A DNA stretch of 64,000 bases from Trichosphaerium sp. ATCC 40318 (Eukaryota; Protista; Tubulinea): contig JALMLS010000309.1 in the NCBI GenBank assembly GCA_038496445.1, positions 124,001 through 188,000 of the forward strand. The letters are read 5' to 3'. The notes below the pieces were generated by a model. That model did no database searches. It saw nothing but the letters and a program-made list of their open reading frames with translations, and had not been told where the DNA came from. Position numbers and translations under genes: made by a program. Below are positions 28,104 to 41,646 of this stretch, one piece after another; positions within the stretch are counted from its first letter, which is position 1; each line of letters begins with the position of its first letter.

Positions 28104-30391
28104 GTACATGGATGTACACCAACGTACATTCAAGAGTCTGTATAGTACTATGTTTGAAGCTATGCCCACTAAATAACGTGAACTCTTATATCACCCTAAC
28201 TCCCAGCAAACGATTAAATAACCCATCAACGCTGCTTGTATACAAGTAGGGCTACTATTCCCGTATTTTAACGCCAATCTGATAACAACTTGTAAATCAC
28301 GTGATACTTCCAATTGCAATGAAGTTCACCCACGAAATGCCAACTTTTAGGCCGGATTGATGTTTATAATATTGTCTTTTTCTCTCTGATAATAATGACA
28401 ATGTACCAAGTGATCAACAAGAAGGAGAAACCAACAACTAACTGTTGACAAACTCTAAAACGGGAAATTAATAAACTTTTTCTTCTCTGTTTTTTTTAAA
28501 GCTACTTTCTGCGTAGAGTATAATTTACAAGTATGCTAATAATACTGGCTTTCATAACTCGCTCAGTACTACTATTTCTGTTATTGTGGAGAAATAGTTA
28601 GCTAGCGGAAGAAAACAAGTACACATAATGAACTATGACTTTCTACTTGTAGGCCTACGCTTTTTTCATGGGATTTGGCATTTTACAAATGGACACTTTA
28701 CGGAATATTAATTAGCGCGTATTACGACCTGCTTTGTCTATCATTGGACTTGTATGTTTGGCTACTGGTAAAAGATTCAAACCCAAAAGCAACATGGAAT
28801 GAAAACATGACTGATGAATAAGAAAGGGGAACAAGATGGCTTACTTTTTGTGAGGTAAACCCAAAAAAAGGTGTTGGAGTTAGTAACTACCTGATACATT
28901 GTTCGTGTATAACAAACGCTTTGTGTATTGTTGCGCTACCCAAAACAAAACCCAGATATAGCTAAATCAATGTAGAACAACAAACATCACTACTAGCGCC
29001 TAAACAACTAAACTTCCCTGGTTGTTAGGTAAATGTTCGGTGAACTACAAAAAATCTTGTGTGAACAAAGTTTTGTCTCTAGTAAAGATACCATTGTATC
29101 GCGCGATGGCGACGTCATATACTATTGCCGTCTTCTGGTATTAAAAAATGTTCACCTTTCCTGCTACTACTCCATTTATCCCTCATACGCGTTGGCAATG
29201 TATTATCATTATCACGACGCACGTGAGAGTGACTATTAATAACAGGACATTTAGTAACAGGCGAAGTAAGATTTACTGCCAACACTACTCTTGACATGTG
29301 TGAAACATGCTTTTTTCATCATTTTCAAGAGTTACAATTTATACGAACGTTATACTACTTGACAAAACATTCGTGTATAGCTCAGATCTAGCGATGGCGA
29401 GAATGTGAGACCAAAAACAATCGTCGGACTATTTTTTTAATCTTCCGCTAGAAGGCAGGTCGAGCCTCGATAAACGCTCAACATCGCAGTTGCGAGATCG
29501 TAGAAGTGATTGCAGTATTTGTAACGACTAAATATGGATGTGCATGGTTATTAACATCATAGAAACTATGACATTAACATTGTTACGCGGCTGCTAGAAT
29601 ATCGCCAAAAACAAAAATAAAAAAATTTTTTGAAAACAAAAAAAGATGGTTTCCAAATACAACTGTTTTATTTTTTCGCTTTACACGTATCTGCTAAAAG
29701 CTATGATGATATTATTTTATTGTTTCAATCCCGAGGTATCTCGTTTTATACCAAAAGAGCCAAGATCCTACAGAATGACCACAGAGAACAAAGTGCAAAC
29801 CATATGTGCGAAAAAACTAACGAGGATTTAATTTTCCGTTAGGCATGGAGGAAAAGTCCTGGAATAAAAATGTGTACAATGCTTTATAAATTGGGGGTTA
29901 AAAATGCGAACAGAGCGGCGCTGTAAAGCTAACATCAAATAGCCTGAAACATTCTTAATATTTTATTCGGTTGGTGAAAAACTTTAAAGCGGAGTTATAA
30001 TTCACACGTGATCACAGTCAAAATTAAAATAATTTAACTGATGCTTTTAAAATACTATCTGAGAATAAGAGTAGTCGAACAGCGACTAATAATAGGGTGT
30101 TACAGTAAAGATTATTTTATTTTAACAGGGTTTTTTTTATTTTATTTTTGGTTCCGGCGTGCTTAGCGTTGCTGTCCATGGAAAAATTGAAAAATGGGAG
30201 TTTGGACTAGTGCGCAATAACAAAAACCGTTAACGCTAGTCAACGTATAACGGAATGAAATAACAAGCAGAACCACGTCGTATATTACATTGTATTAGTC
30301 TTCTAAAAAAAAAAAAGTTAAAAAAAGGTGAAATAAATTGTTGTATCTACACCAAACAGTGTGTACAAAACGGCGTATTTTAAATACTACG

Positions 30392-31276
30392 CTAAGTTGT
30401 TTGTCTATTTTCAGCGTACGTTTGGTTTTGTTTTTCTGGCTTCAAGCTTTTTTATTTCCTCTGTGATATAGCATTGAAGTAATGTCGGTCCAGCTGAAGG
30501 TCTACCCCTTGGCGGACGTCCACGAACCTTCCTTCTGCTGGATTTTGCCAAATAACGGTAGTGTGTACGTATCTAAACTCGAGAGTAACGATCAGGAGAT
30601 GAACCAAACATGGTAGAAAGAAGAACACTGAGCAAGAGTCGTTTTTGGAAGAAAAAGAAAAACAGTGCACAAAAAAAAAAAAAAACTCTAAAAACGCTTC
30701 GAAACTAACCTGCGGTTTAGTACGCGTTCTGACGACCTGTGTTAGCGCTTCGAAGTCGTTCCCATGTTCACGTAGTCCATCTAATAACCGTTGGTGTTCT
30801 TCGGATGTCCATTCCCGGCGTTCTCTTGATTTTGTTTTACGTTTTAGAGTCACGTGAAGACGTGGAGAAGGTGGGTCATCTTTCTGTTTTGAACGACCAA
30901 CAACTAAGTTATGTGTAAGCACATGCCATAGCATACGAAGGAATGAGCACAACTATGACGTACTAGTAGTATGAGGCGTATAGCTGTGCATTATTGATCT
31001 CGAGCTCTTGGAATCAACAGTGGGAGCGTGTTGCGAAAGAAGAGCATGCATCACTTGTGGAGCGTGCATATGTGCTTTGAGTGCTTGTGTTTGAAGAGCA
31101 AATAAGAGCCTGCAGGAATGGGTAAGAAAAAGAAAGCATGAGTTCAAAAAAAAAGTTTGGTACCAGTTCACTAGCGTGATCTGTCTGGGGTAAGCTTCTA
31201 ATAGCTGTGTTGAAGCTACTTGGTATTCTCTTGGATGAATCTGTCCTAGAGCCAACTTTCTAGAGTTTTCCCACAT
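30392..31276 (-). CDS. Single-repeat Myb/SANT DNA-binding protein with AT-hook-like motif
   Basis: WTSEEHQRLLDGLREHGNDFEALTQVVRTRTKPQ|IRTHY Myb repeat spliced to ...RGRPPRGRP. Upstream exons splice in frame from ATG 31276 (start less certain). Confidence 0.8.
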
Positions 31277-33344
31277 TTAGCCAAAGAAGAGATAAAATAA
31301 TTTTTCGAAAAGTCAACGGAAGAAAACTGTGTTGGGTTCGGATTCTTTGTGTTATTTTGGTTTTTTTTTTTATTGGGCCAAGGGTTGGGATTAATAAAAA
31401 CCCCGATAAAAAAATGAGATAAATGTAAAAAAAAAAACCAAAAAAAAAAAAAAAATGAAGAGAAAGAGGAGAAAAAAATTTAACCGCCGCTTTACAAAAC
31501 TTTTATCGCTTGTAGAATTTAGTTTAAAACAACATACCGTAATAGACACATTGATCCTGCGAATGTTTCAGAGTCTAGAGTTATGCTGTAGAGAAGATTT
31601 TTAGTACTTTTCTTGGAGACCAAGAGAGGTAAATAATTTGGGTTTTATTTAATGTATAAGTACCTTAGCTGTTCTATTACACTATCTATTGGTGTTTCTA
31701 GACTCATTTTTGGAGATATGGCTCTACACGAAATGAATGTTTAAAAGTGGTCCTGTTCACAAAATGTTTTGTGTGGTTCAGGGAGTACACAAAATGTGTT
31801 GAGAGAAATATGTTTTGAGACGAAGCTAAGATAAAAAAAAGGACAAAAGTCAGAGAGACGATAGCAATCGCCATCATACTAACTCCTCATCTAATTGAGA
31901 GATAAATGTCGGTGTTTACAACCGGTAATAACGTTTTTTTTTATTTCGTGTAGTTCACAATAGATACACAGCGCGATTTGGATAAAGAGAACAGCCAAGT
32001 AAAGTGAAATACGCTATGTTTTTTTATTTACGAATTACTAATTTTTGCCAAGTTTGCTTATAATCACGTTGGTTAACCTACAGGTACTATATGTTCGTAG
32101 TATTGTATCCACGCTATCAGCGCTATTTAGTATCACTATAAAGCCGGTTAGGAGTAAATAAATCGACGCTAGTAGCGCAGCGCAAGTGCAGTAGATTGTT
32201 GATTGTAGTTGGTATAACGTACTTGGCATAGGAGGTAAATTAAGTGCGCTATGCGGAAGACAGCGTAATTTTGGTGTCAGACTACAAGCACGAGAGTTAT
32301 TCGGGGGTCAGGAGCATTTAAATCAACGACGCGCGGAAGAATTCTCTGATTTCGTCACAACTATTTTTTTTTTTTCACGTTTGTACCAAATACTGCGAAT
32401 CGTTTGTTGTGCGTCAAAGACTTGTGACAGGTATCTAACATTACAGTTTAGGCATTGCTTTTTTAAAGACTATCGAGTTAAACTGCCAACGTTCCTACAT
32501 AGCGCGATGTCGCTACCTCATTACCCTCATACGTGTACGAACGAATTCTAAAGGTTTTCACGATAACTATTCGCAGTACGTGAGTCCGGTTCGATTTTTT
32601 TTTTTCAACATTTGCCAACCAATTCTTTCACAACGCATATCCGGCCACTGTGTATCTTTTACAAAACAAGCGGCCGCAAGTAAACACTTAAAAATTATAG
32701 GTACGATTTCCAACTATGGGCAACAAGAAGCTACTTTACCACAACGACAACGACTGTGATACACACTTACAATCTCGCGTAGTGGGTGATCTAATCTGTC
32801 TACGTTTTACAAATATCTCATGACGCTTAGTAATAACGTACATACCTTGAAATTGATGCCGAACACAAGTAAGCATGCGATCTTTTTGTTTTGTCACATC
32901 GGTACGACTTCCTTTTTTCGTTAAATAAAATCTTACATCACCTCAGTTTAACTTATTAGAACTCGACAACAACTACACTAACCGAAATCTACGCGAGTAG
33001 AAGATACCAAAGAAAATTTTTTAAAGTTGAGGTTATAAATTGTGATATTTTTCCATGTTTGCTTATGGTTCCCAAGCCTTTAAAACCAACGGATTCCTTG
33101 CAAACAGACATATATTGTCTGCTTTTGCAAGTAGAACCCACTGTGACAGCGCATATGAACCCAAAATGCGCTGATAGTTAGAAAACAAATCGGAAAATAG
33201 TTTTTGCGGAACACCAAACACATGCACAACAACTCGCGCTGTATTGTGATCAGGCAAGTGCGACATGCAAGAGATTGCTTTCGAACTCAACAACATACCA
33301 ACCACGCCGGTGCCCTCGATGTCAATATCGCAGACTGAACAGAA

Positions 33345-34312
33345 CAAAAAGTGAAATAAATCACGTGATTAGCAAGCCTACGCGGATGTATCACGTGATT
33401 TCGACATGTTTTCACACTGGCGTTAAAATCCGGAAATAATTACCCGACTTGTTTACAAGCATCACAGACCGCCTACTTCATCGTCAGGTACGCTCGAAGA
33501 TCATCGCCAGGTGCCAGGGTGATATAAGTGTTCACGAAAACCAGGGCAAAGGTATTCTCTTTTTTTTTTTTCGGTATTTCATGCCATTATTGTCGACACT
33601 GTGGCGTGGTAGTACTATTGATGTGTTTTTATAGATGAAAAAGTGCAGTAATTGCTGTAGTTACAAATGTCGGAGAAGAAAAAGGCCGCCCTAAAGCTGG
33701 AGAAAACTATGGCAGATTTTACAGGTATAAATAGACAAAGTATGCAGTATACAAAACTCTGACACTGTAGTCGCTTTATAGCCAATAACACTAAAATGTT
33801 GTGTATTCAGCACGATAAAAATAAATACGCGTAATAGCGTCATAACGACTTTTTTCTAAACGAAACAAATTTATTTCAATCATAACACAAAAGTGTTAGT
33901 AGTCGCTACAAGTCTATGAAATAAGTGCCTGTTTAGCATACTTCTAAGTTGTAGGAAATACTTTAGTGTCAATCACAGTACCATGTGATAAAGTAGCAGG
34001 CTTCTCTTATTTTTTCTTAAACGAGAAGACAAAAGTGCAAAATAACTTCACCCAAACAATCACATGATAGGTAAGGCTGCAGATTTATCACGTGATTTTA
34101 TTATAAGTTGTTTCATATTGGCGTTAACATCGGGGAATAATTACTAACTTGTTTGCAAGAATGGTAGAGCGGCTACTACATTGTCAGTTACGCTAGAATA
34201 TCGTTGTTAGGTGTCACGGTCACCAAGGGATATAAGGTTCATGAAAACCAGGGCAATAGTGGTATTCTCCTTTATTTTGGTATTCATGCCATTGTTGTAG
34301 GTTCTATTGACC
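33345..34312 (+). repeat. Two diverged ~270-bp direct repeats (about 33345-33620 and 34030-34312)
   Basis: Shared blocks in order: atcacgtgattt, ggcgttaa, aataattac, acttgttt, gttca.gaaaaccagggcaa, ggtattctc, ttcatgccatt. Confidence 0.7.
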
Positions 34313-34420
34313 TCTTTTATGCCTTGATTAAATGTAGTAATTGTTCTTATACATGTTGGAGAACTTTTTCGATTAATTAATGGCAACATAGTATTTATAC
34401 AGACCTTGAAAGTACCATCC

Positions 34421-36463
34421 TCTAACAAAACTCTACGAAAACCTACTTTTAACTAGATATTGAGATTTGCCCAGTTATGACAGAACAGTTTACGCTATTA
34501 TAGTTGCTTAACAGGTTATTAAACCTAAACAGTTAACGGTTGTGTTGCCTCAAAATTAATACCCTAGTCTATTGAATATTTTGGCAACAATTGAAAAAAA
34601 CAAGAAAGGCGGCTCATTTTTTCTCCTGAATTCTGAGGCATTTTCATAACTACTGCAGCACGACTAAGAAAACGGTATGGCAGCGAGACGAAAAGTACGT
34701 ACAATATATTTTTAACGTATTAACATGTTTTGACGCTGAATAGAGGACACACAAACAAAAACGGAATAAAACGAGTCTTCTCCAACTCCCAGTGGAGCTA
34801 CAACTTGATATCATGGACTTGGATTGTTTTGCTTATGTTAAATGGCCATTGCTATCCAAACAAGCCGCATTATGCTCAAGGTTTGATATCGACTTGAAAA
34901 AACAAGGTAAATGGATGAGATACAACGGTGGTAAGAAAGTAGGTGAAAGGTTTTATTCTGGTGGACTCAAACAAGGTGTTCTCAAGACTTGGCGGAAAGG
35001 AGGTTCACAGATTAAACAATGTCATTACGTTGATGATGTACTTGATGGCGAGTACAAGGCATGGACGATCAATGGATTTCTTGAGGAACATCGGTTTTAC
35101 AAGAATGGTAAGAGACATGGAGACAGCAAAATGTTCAGGATATCAGATGGTTCTATTTTCGAGCTCCAGCCTTATGTCAATGGGAAGGTACATGGTGAAT
35201 ATAAGGAGTGGCACAACAATGGTAGACTGAGAGAGAAGTCCAATTACATTAACGGCAAGTGCGGAGAAAGCAAGTGTTGGTACAAGAACGGACAAGTATC
35301 ACGTGAGTACTGTTTCGTTGATGGGTTCATGACAAAGAAAGAGTTTTACAAGAGTGGCAAACCAAAATATTCGTTATTACCAGTAGGGAAAGATGGTAGA
35401 AGTGAAGAAAAGGAGTGGTATGAGAATGATCAACTGGAGAGTCAGCGTGTTTACATTAACGGCAAGAAAGAAGGAAAAGAAACATATTGGTCTTGGAGTG
35501 GTCAGATAGTCAGCGAGCGTTCTTATGCTAATGGTAGTAAAGAAGGAGAAGAAAAACTTTGGCATTATAGTGGACAATTGCGCAAAAAATGTGTTTATGT
35601 CAATGGAGAAATAGAAGGTGAGAAGGAGGAATATCATGAGAATGGAACATTAGCATCAAAAGTGGTTTACAGAAAAGGAAAGAAAGAAGGGTTAATGAAA
35701 TGTTATTACAATAATGGCAAAATAGAAGCTCAATGTACTTTTATTGATGGCAAGGTAGAAGGAGAAGTCAAGTATTGGTATGAGAGTGGCCAACTGAAGC
35801 GCCAGAGTCACTACATTAATGATAAGAAACATGGAGAAGAGAAGTGTTGGTACGAGAATGGTAATCTGAGAAATCAGTGCTTCTATTTCGAAGATAAAAA
35901 AGAAGGAGAAGAAAAATACTGGTATGAGAATGGAAACCTACGAAGTATTTGTCATAATGACATCAACCACTCAGAAGAAAAGTTTATGTCAAGAAAAGAA
36001 GGTGAGGAAAAGCATTGGTTAGAAAATGGACAACTAAAGGCCCACCGCTTTTATGTTAATGGTAAGAAGGAAGGCGAAGAAAAGCGTTATTATTTTAATG
36101 GTCAGATACATTCACAATGTACATATGTAAGAAATGACAAAAACGGAGAGGAAAAGATGTGGCATGAGAATGGACAGCTAGAGTTCCACCGCTTTTATGT
36201 TAATGATAAGAAGGAAGGCAAAGAAAAGCGTTATTATTCATATAATGGTCAGATACATTCACAATGTACATATGTAAAAAATGACAAAAACGGAGAGGAA
36301 AAGATGTGGTATGAGAACGGACAACTAAAGAGACATGGTTTTTGGGTTAATGGACGTAAACATGGAGAAGAAAAGAATTGGTACTCTAATGGCCAATTGA
36401 AGTGTCAAGGTGTTTGGGTTAATAGTAAAGTACAAAATGAAAAGTACTGGCATACTAATGGCA
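34421..36463. repeat. Right arm of inverted duplication
   Basis: Reverse-complement match to 25290-26640 and 27962-28103. Confidence 0.9.
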
Positions 36464-36495
36464 AACCAGCTGATACAGACAGCTTATGGTGGTGA
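34677..36495 (+). CDS. F-box-like + MORN-variant repeat protein (intron 34695-34743)
   Basis: ATG GCA GCG AGA CGA AAA|gtacgt...aatag|AGG joins in frame to SLLQLPVELQLDI (F-box-like), followed by about 20 G.ek.wyeNGql repeats. Confidence 0.9.
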
Positions 36496-36820
36496 AAATT
36501 TTGTTTTAGATTGTTTGGTATTCAAGTGATAACTGTGTTGATTAGAATTATACAATACAAGTGCTGGTATGTTTGCGTGTATTTACATAAATACTTTACT
36601 AGTTGACATGTGTTGACACGTGCTTTGAAGAGATTACTACCGAGCATCTTAAATTAAGCACCTTTCGCCACAAGAACAGAGAGTTCAGATAGTTCTTTGA
36701 AATACATGCCAAGTGTATCACCATTTGTACCGTTTCAACTATTTTTGGCGTTTGAGGCGGTAATCAAACAGAACAAGTCGGTGTTAAATTAAGTTGTTTT
36801 GTATTTTATTTACTCATTGC

Positions 36821-39800
36821 TTATGCATTGATATCAGCTTCATTATCTTTTTTTACAGTACTACTATTGTCAACCAAAGTATTACTCGACTTTGAGTTTG
36901 TTCTAAGAGGCCATACTCCACGAAACTTTTTAACAAACTCATCCGTCACACGCGTAGCACGCTCTCTTAACCTTTCCTTGGATCCATCTCTTTGGTTCAT
37001 ACCCTAAAGGTTAATTAGTCAAACTAGTCCGTTTAAATCACGTGATAAATAATTTTGTTTGCTGAAACGGTACAAACTTTGAAGATGGGAGTAAAAAGTA
37101 TAAATAGCATTACCCTCAGCGCATATACATCCTTTAGACCTTCTTCTGATGCATCTGATATCAGTTGCTTATATGTTTCCTCAAGATGCTCTTCAGGTAC
37201 TTCCAAAACCTTTAAAAAGTTCTCTAAAGCGATAATCTGCTTCTTAACAGACCCTATAAAATCCATGATTTAGAGATCAAAAATTCTACAAACAGTTTAA
37301 ACGTACCTGCAACTGGAAGGTTAAATAGAAGCATTTTAAGAGCCTCTATATCTAGTCTTAACTGTTGTGTTCCTTGTATAGTGATAACACGACACTGTTT
37401 TATATACATGGTGAAGTTTTCAATAAATACTCTAAAAAACCATCAGATAAGCACAAGTCACAAAAACTGTAACTGTTGACACTTACGATACAAAAGCTGT
37501 ACAAAAGTAGCTAAAGTTTGTTGGTTGCATAATAGAGTTTCTATACATTGGTATTGATGGTGTCAATATAGCAAATATTTGTGTGACATAATTAGATTGG
37601 TCAGCAACACCATCTGCTTTATCTAAACAAAAATTGTTATTTCCAAAAAAAACTGTGATAATAAAATTAGATTGAACAAAGTACCCCAATCAAGCTTAGA
37701 TAGTCGCTCAAAGCAAGGTATAATCTTGTTTTGCAGTGAACAAATCAACACCTCTATTGCTATAGTAATGATACTATAGAACGAAGTGAGAAAATCATAA
37801 AAAAGTGACTGGGACTTACTCTTGAAAGGAATCTGCAACTTTAGTGAGCGAAAGCTCGTCTCTGTGGTCCTTATCTATACTCTTCTTAAACGTCTGTTCC
37901 ATTTGTTCCATCGTTTCAGTACAATACTGTGCACTATTTATAATGTAGCAAATTATACGCTCCTCTGTCTGGTCAAGCGTTTTTCTGCCCATTATTGATG
38001 CAACTTTAAACTCTTCAACACTTTGGAGACTTGTTAGGACGGTAATCATCATAGAGATGGACGTACTTCGGAATCTTATCTTTGAGCATCTGTATGTACT
38101 CCTCTAAGTACTTTATATACAACTGTACAAGGTCTAGTTTTGCTGCAGAAGACAAGAAACTCTCCTGAGTCCATAACCGTGAAAAATACATTATTAAGGT
38201 AGTACAAGACTTTAACACTTTTCTCCTGTGTAAAAAACATAGTTAGCAAACCAATGACTATTGTCTGTGTTCAAATGATACACGTGCCTTGAATCTTCTT
38301 TATCAATCTTCCATGTTTCTTCTTTAATTAAACGAGAAAATCCTTCAGAAATTTGTATATCTTGGTGTCTTATATAAATTGCCATGTGCTTCTCAAAAAC
38401 AGGTGACATTGATGTTTCCTCGTCATGTGCTGTTGAAAACTGTTGTGCTTCTCCCATTTCCAATTGCTGAAAAGACGCGTGTCAAAGGTGATGTAAAGAA
38501 TAATGAAATGGTTTCATTGTACCTGTGCTATACTTTCTCTTTCTTGTCCTTTTTTGAAGAGCGCATATTTTTTCTTCAAAGCAGCCTTAGAATGCGGGTT
38601 CGTATTAAAATCGGGTCCAATTCTTGGTGAAGGTAGCTCTATTGCCTATAAAGAACCCTTAGTGTTAACATAACCTTCTTGCCTAGTGATAGTACCAGAG
38701 TCATGAAGAACTTTCTTGTTTCCAGATCAAAACTTCTTGAATGCTTCCAAGCCTTTCTAAATAACTTTGGATCTACAGAGGAACTATTGAATATACTGTC
38801 AAACTGTTGCCTAAACCCTTGTTAATACTATGTAAAAAAGAAAAATGTGGATGACTGTAGCTTTCCGAATAAGACGTACTTTGTTTCTTTACAAAACTCA
38901 ACTGTAACAATTCTAGCCATGTTCCAATATTTAGGAAATACAGTGCTCCAGTTACTCCTGTACGATTCCAAGAATGCCATGAACCAAGAGTACCTCTTAC
39001 CAATATTCTCCATACCACCAAGCTTGATTAAACGTGAGTCTAAAGTACCACCAGTATTTATATACCTTTGAAGAAGGGCCAAATTGCGATTTGTAAGGCA
39101 TTAAGAATTTATCAGATACAGCGACTTGAAAGTCTTTTTGTACTTTATCACCCAATACTGTAATTACAAGCGTAGCTGATTTAAGTACTTGACCTTCACT
39201 ACCAAGCCTATTATTCACCTGTACACTAAAAGAAATAATGTTATAACCCAACTAACAACAAGAAGTACAAGACCTCTTTTCTCGTACCTGTTGAACTCAT
39301 CAAAAACTTGTTGTTTAACTTTCTTCTTAATGTCATCTGTTTCTTTCCTTAGTTCTTCAATCTTTGGAATAATAGTAAAGTTCTGTTCTGTAAACTGCTT
39401 CAAGATAGAGTTTATAACCTAAACACAATACCAACTTTAGTATTGTCTATCGTCACGTGTCAAAGGAGATATATACACACCTCTATTAATCCACTGACTG
39501 CATTGTACTGTCTCTTTTGAGTAAAAACTCGAATTTGGTCAATCGCTTGGACTGTTATGGTAAAGGTTAGTTGTTAAAAACCTTGCAAAAAAAAAAAAGA
39601 TTATCAATAAAATAGACACGTGTTTTCAGCGTTTGTTTGATATGCAACTGCATTTCAAATGTTTCAATTATGTATTACTTTCAGTGATTGTTGCGAGGGT
39701 TTTGAAGGAAGCATGATAAAAGCAAATTGACTGCCGACACTTGAGAGTTGTGGGTTTTTTTTTCGTTTCTTTTTTTTTTTTCGTACCGACATTGTTAATC

Positions 39801-40450
39801 TGTCTTAGCGTCTTGATAGACGTAGTCAAGTTCTGCTTAGCACAATCCAAATCTTTTATATCATTACATAGATTATAAACCATCCTCTCTGAGTCTCCTG
39901 CACGAGTACCAATATCACGAATTTTAGTAAAAAGCTCCTACAAAATTATTATTGAGTAAAATGTCAGTGAACATAATATTTTTTTTGAAGTTGTTTGGTT
40001 TTTTTTGGCACTTGTCATTCATATTTCCGTACTTTGACATTCGTTTTCGTTGTTGTTAAGTTTTCTTTACCCTGTGCTACAACTCTATGCTGAGACGATA
40101 TCGTAGAAATTATTTCTTCATCAAGTCTACAAAAAAGGTTCAAAAACAGTAGTAAACGGTATAAAACCGCGTACGCGTTTATTTCATGCGTCACATTCAG
40201 CAATTCTTCATCTAAACTATCTAACGCGCCTTCTATGCAATTTTGTAAGTGTCAACGTTGCTCTCGGGTTCATACCATCCAAAAACATTGCATTAAGATA
40301 CTCAGTGACGTTAAAATCGGGTGAATCAAGCGGATCGTCCGTTGGATACAACTCGAGGCATTGGCGCAACTCATCACTAAAATGGAGCTCGTGAGGTACT
40401 TCCTGGGCCCATTCTTCTAATTCCGCGTAGTTGTTTTGTTTAGCTTCCAT
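36821..40450 (-). CDS. VPS53: GARP/EARP complex subunit Vps53
   Basis: DDPLDSPDFNVTEYLNAMF, MVYNLCNDIKDLDCAKQNLTTSIKTL, LGGMENIGKRYSWF, VFPKYWNM, ICYIINSAQYCTET, DQSNYV. Confidence 0.92.
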
Positions 40451-41151
40451 AAAAGCCACTAGCGGCGTTTGTAGGCAAATAGTGCCACGAGGGAGTATTT
40501 CACAGTCATGAAAGGTCAAACATGCAACGTGAACTAGAAGTAAAAAGGGTAATCACCCATTTTTCTCCGCCATCTTATCAAAACACTGTATTGTCTTTTT
40601 ACCTATACCATTAGTGTATCCTCACGCAGTACTTAACGTGAGCATAAGAACAGTAAGTCACGTGCGTTCTACAATCGGGAGTGCCTTAAAAAGTGGGCTT
40701 AATGTTGCACTTGTTTTGGTTCGCGTTCCAATATGTGAGGATAGATCTTTGGGCTGTTCCAGACTCCAAAGTCAACTATTGATCCAAACCTCACGGATTG
40801 TTTGGACACTTGAAGGATGCATACTGCAACTCGTTGCATCAAAGATAGTTCTGTTTTCCAGCTCCTCGATTTTAGGGTAGTGAGCAGCCAAATGGAGAGT
40901 ACATGCAACTATAGTGCTTAGGGTCAAAAAAAAAAAGTACTTAACAATCCAAAAATAAAACAGTTTTGCTTCAATGTTACTACAATTTTGAAGCCCGAGA
41001 AGACGTGTGAGTAATTAAACTAATCTACAGATACTTTACAAATACATTTTTCTTTATTCATTTTTATACAGTTTGAATTATTTACAGTTTTTTGGTTTTT
41101 GATACACGTTGGATTTTTTGGAGTTTTCACGGGGTTTTTTTTTAACCTCCC

Positions 41152-41646
41152 TTACGCCCAAAGGCGTTCACGACATTGTCGTCGTTGTGGATGTCGTCTT
41201 GCTGACATTTGATATTGTTCTTCGACTGTTTGAAATAAAAAGTCGCGAATGCTCGTAGCTAGTTGCTCAAGCTGGTACGTAATGTACCATTGGTCCTCAT
41301 TTAGGGCTTCTGTGGGTTGTTCTCTGATTTTAAAATCGTTTAGAGGCTCGTGTAAGCGCGTTTGCCTAGTTAAGCGCAAATTCGTCGGTTGTTGTCGTTG
41401 AGGTTTTTTTGGGGTATAGCGCGCTCGTTTGGATGGTCTGATTGGTTGTGAGACGTGCGTTCGTGTTTGTAGTTTTCTTTTTTGTCGAAGGCTCGTTTTG
41501 GCGGTCTTTCTCCTGTTCAGAGGTTTTCTTCCTGCTCTTCTTGAGTATTCATTGCTTATTTCGTACATTGCATCCAAACTCATGGTATCTACTTGGTCAA
41601 GGAGTTTTGATGCTCTTTCACTACGAGGACTTAATAATAGAGCCAT
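41152..41646 (-). CDS. Hypothetical basic protein, 164 aa, single exon
   Basis: Uninterrupted ATG-TAA ORF in otherwise AT-rich DNA; K/R-rich; no recognisable domain. Confidence 0.55.
   Translation of the reverse strand: MALLLSPRSERASKLLDQVDTMSLDAMYEISNEYSRRAGRKPLNRRKTAKTSLRQKRKLQTRTHVSQPIRPSKRARYTPKKPQRQQPTNLRLTRQTRLHEPLNDFKIREQPTEALNEDQWYITYQLEQLATSIRDFLFQTVEEQYQMSARRHPQRRQCRERLWA

Noticed and set aside
23011-36495. CRISPR-like or satellite arrays
   Set aside because: The periodicity is protein-level LRR/MORN repetition; there is no repeat-spacer structure.
40614-40908. Short opposing ORFs upstream of Vps53
   Set aside because: No recognisable motif or supporting splice structure.
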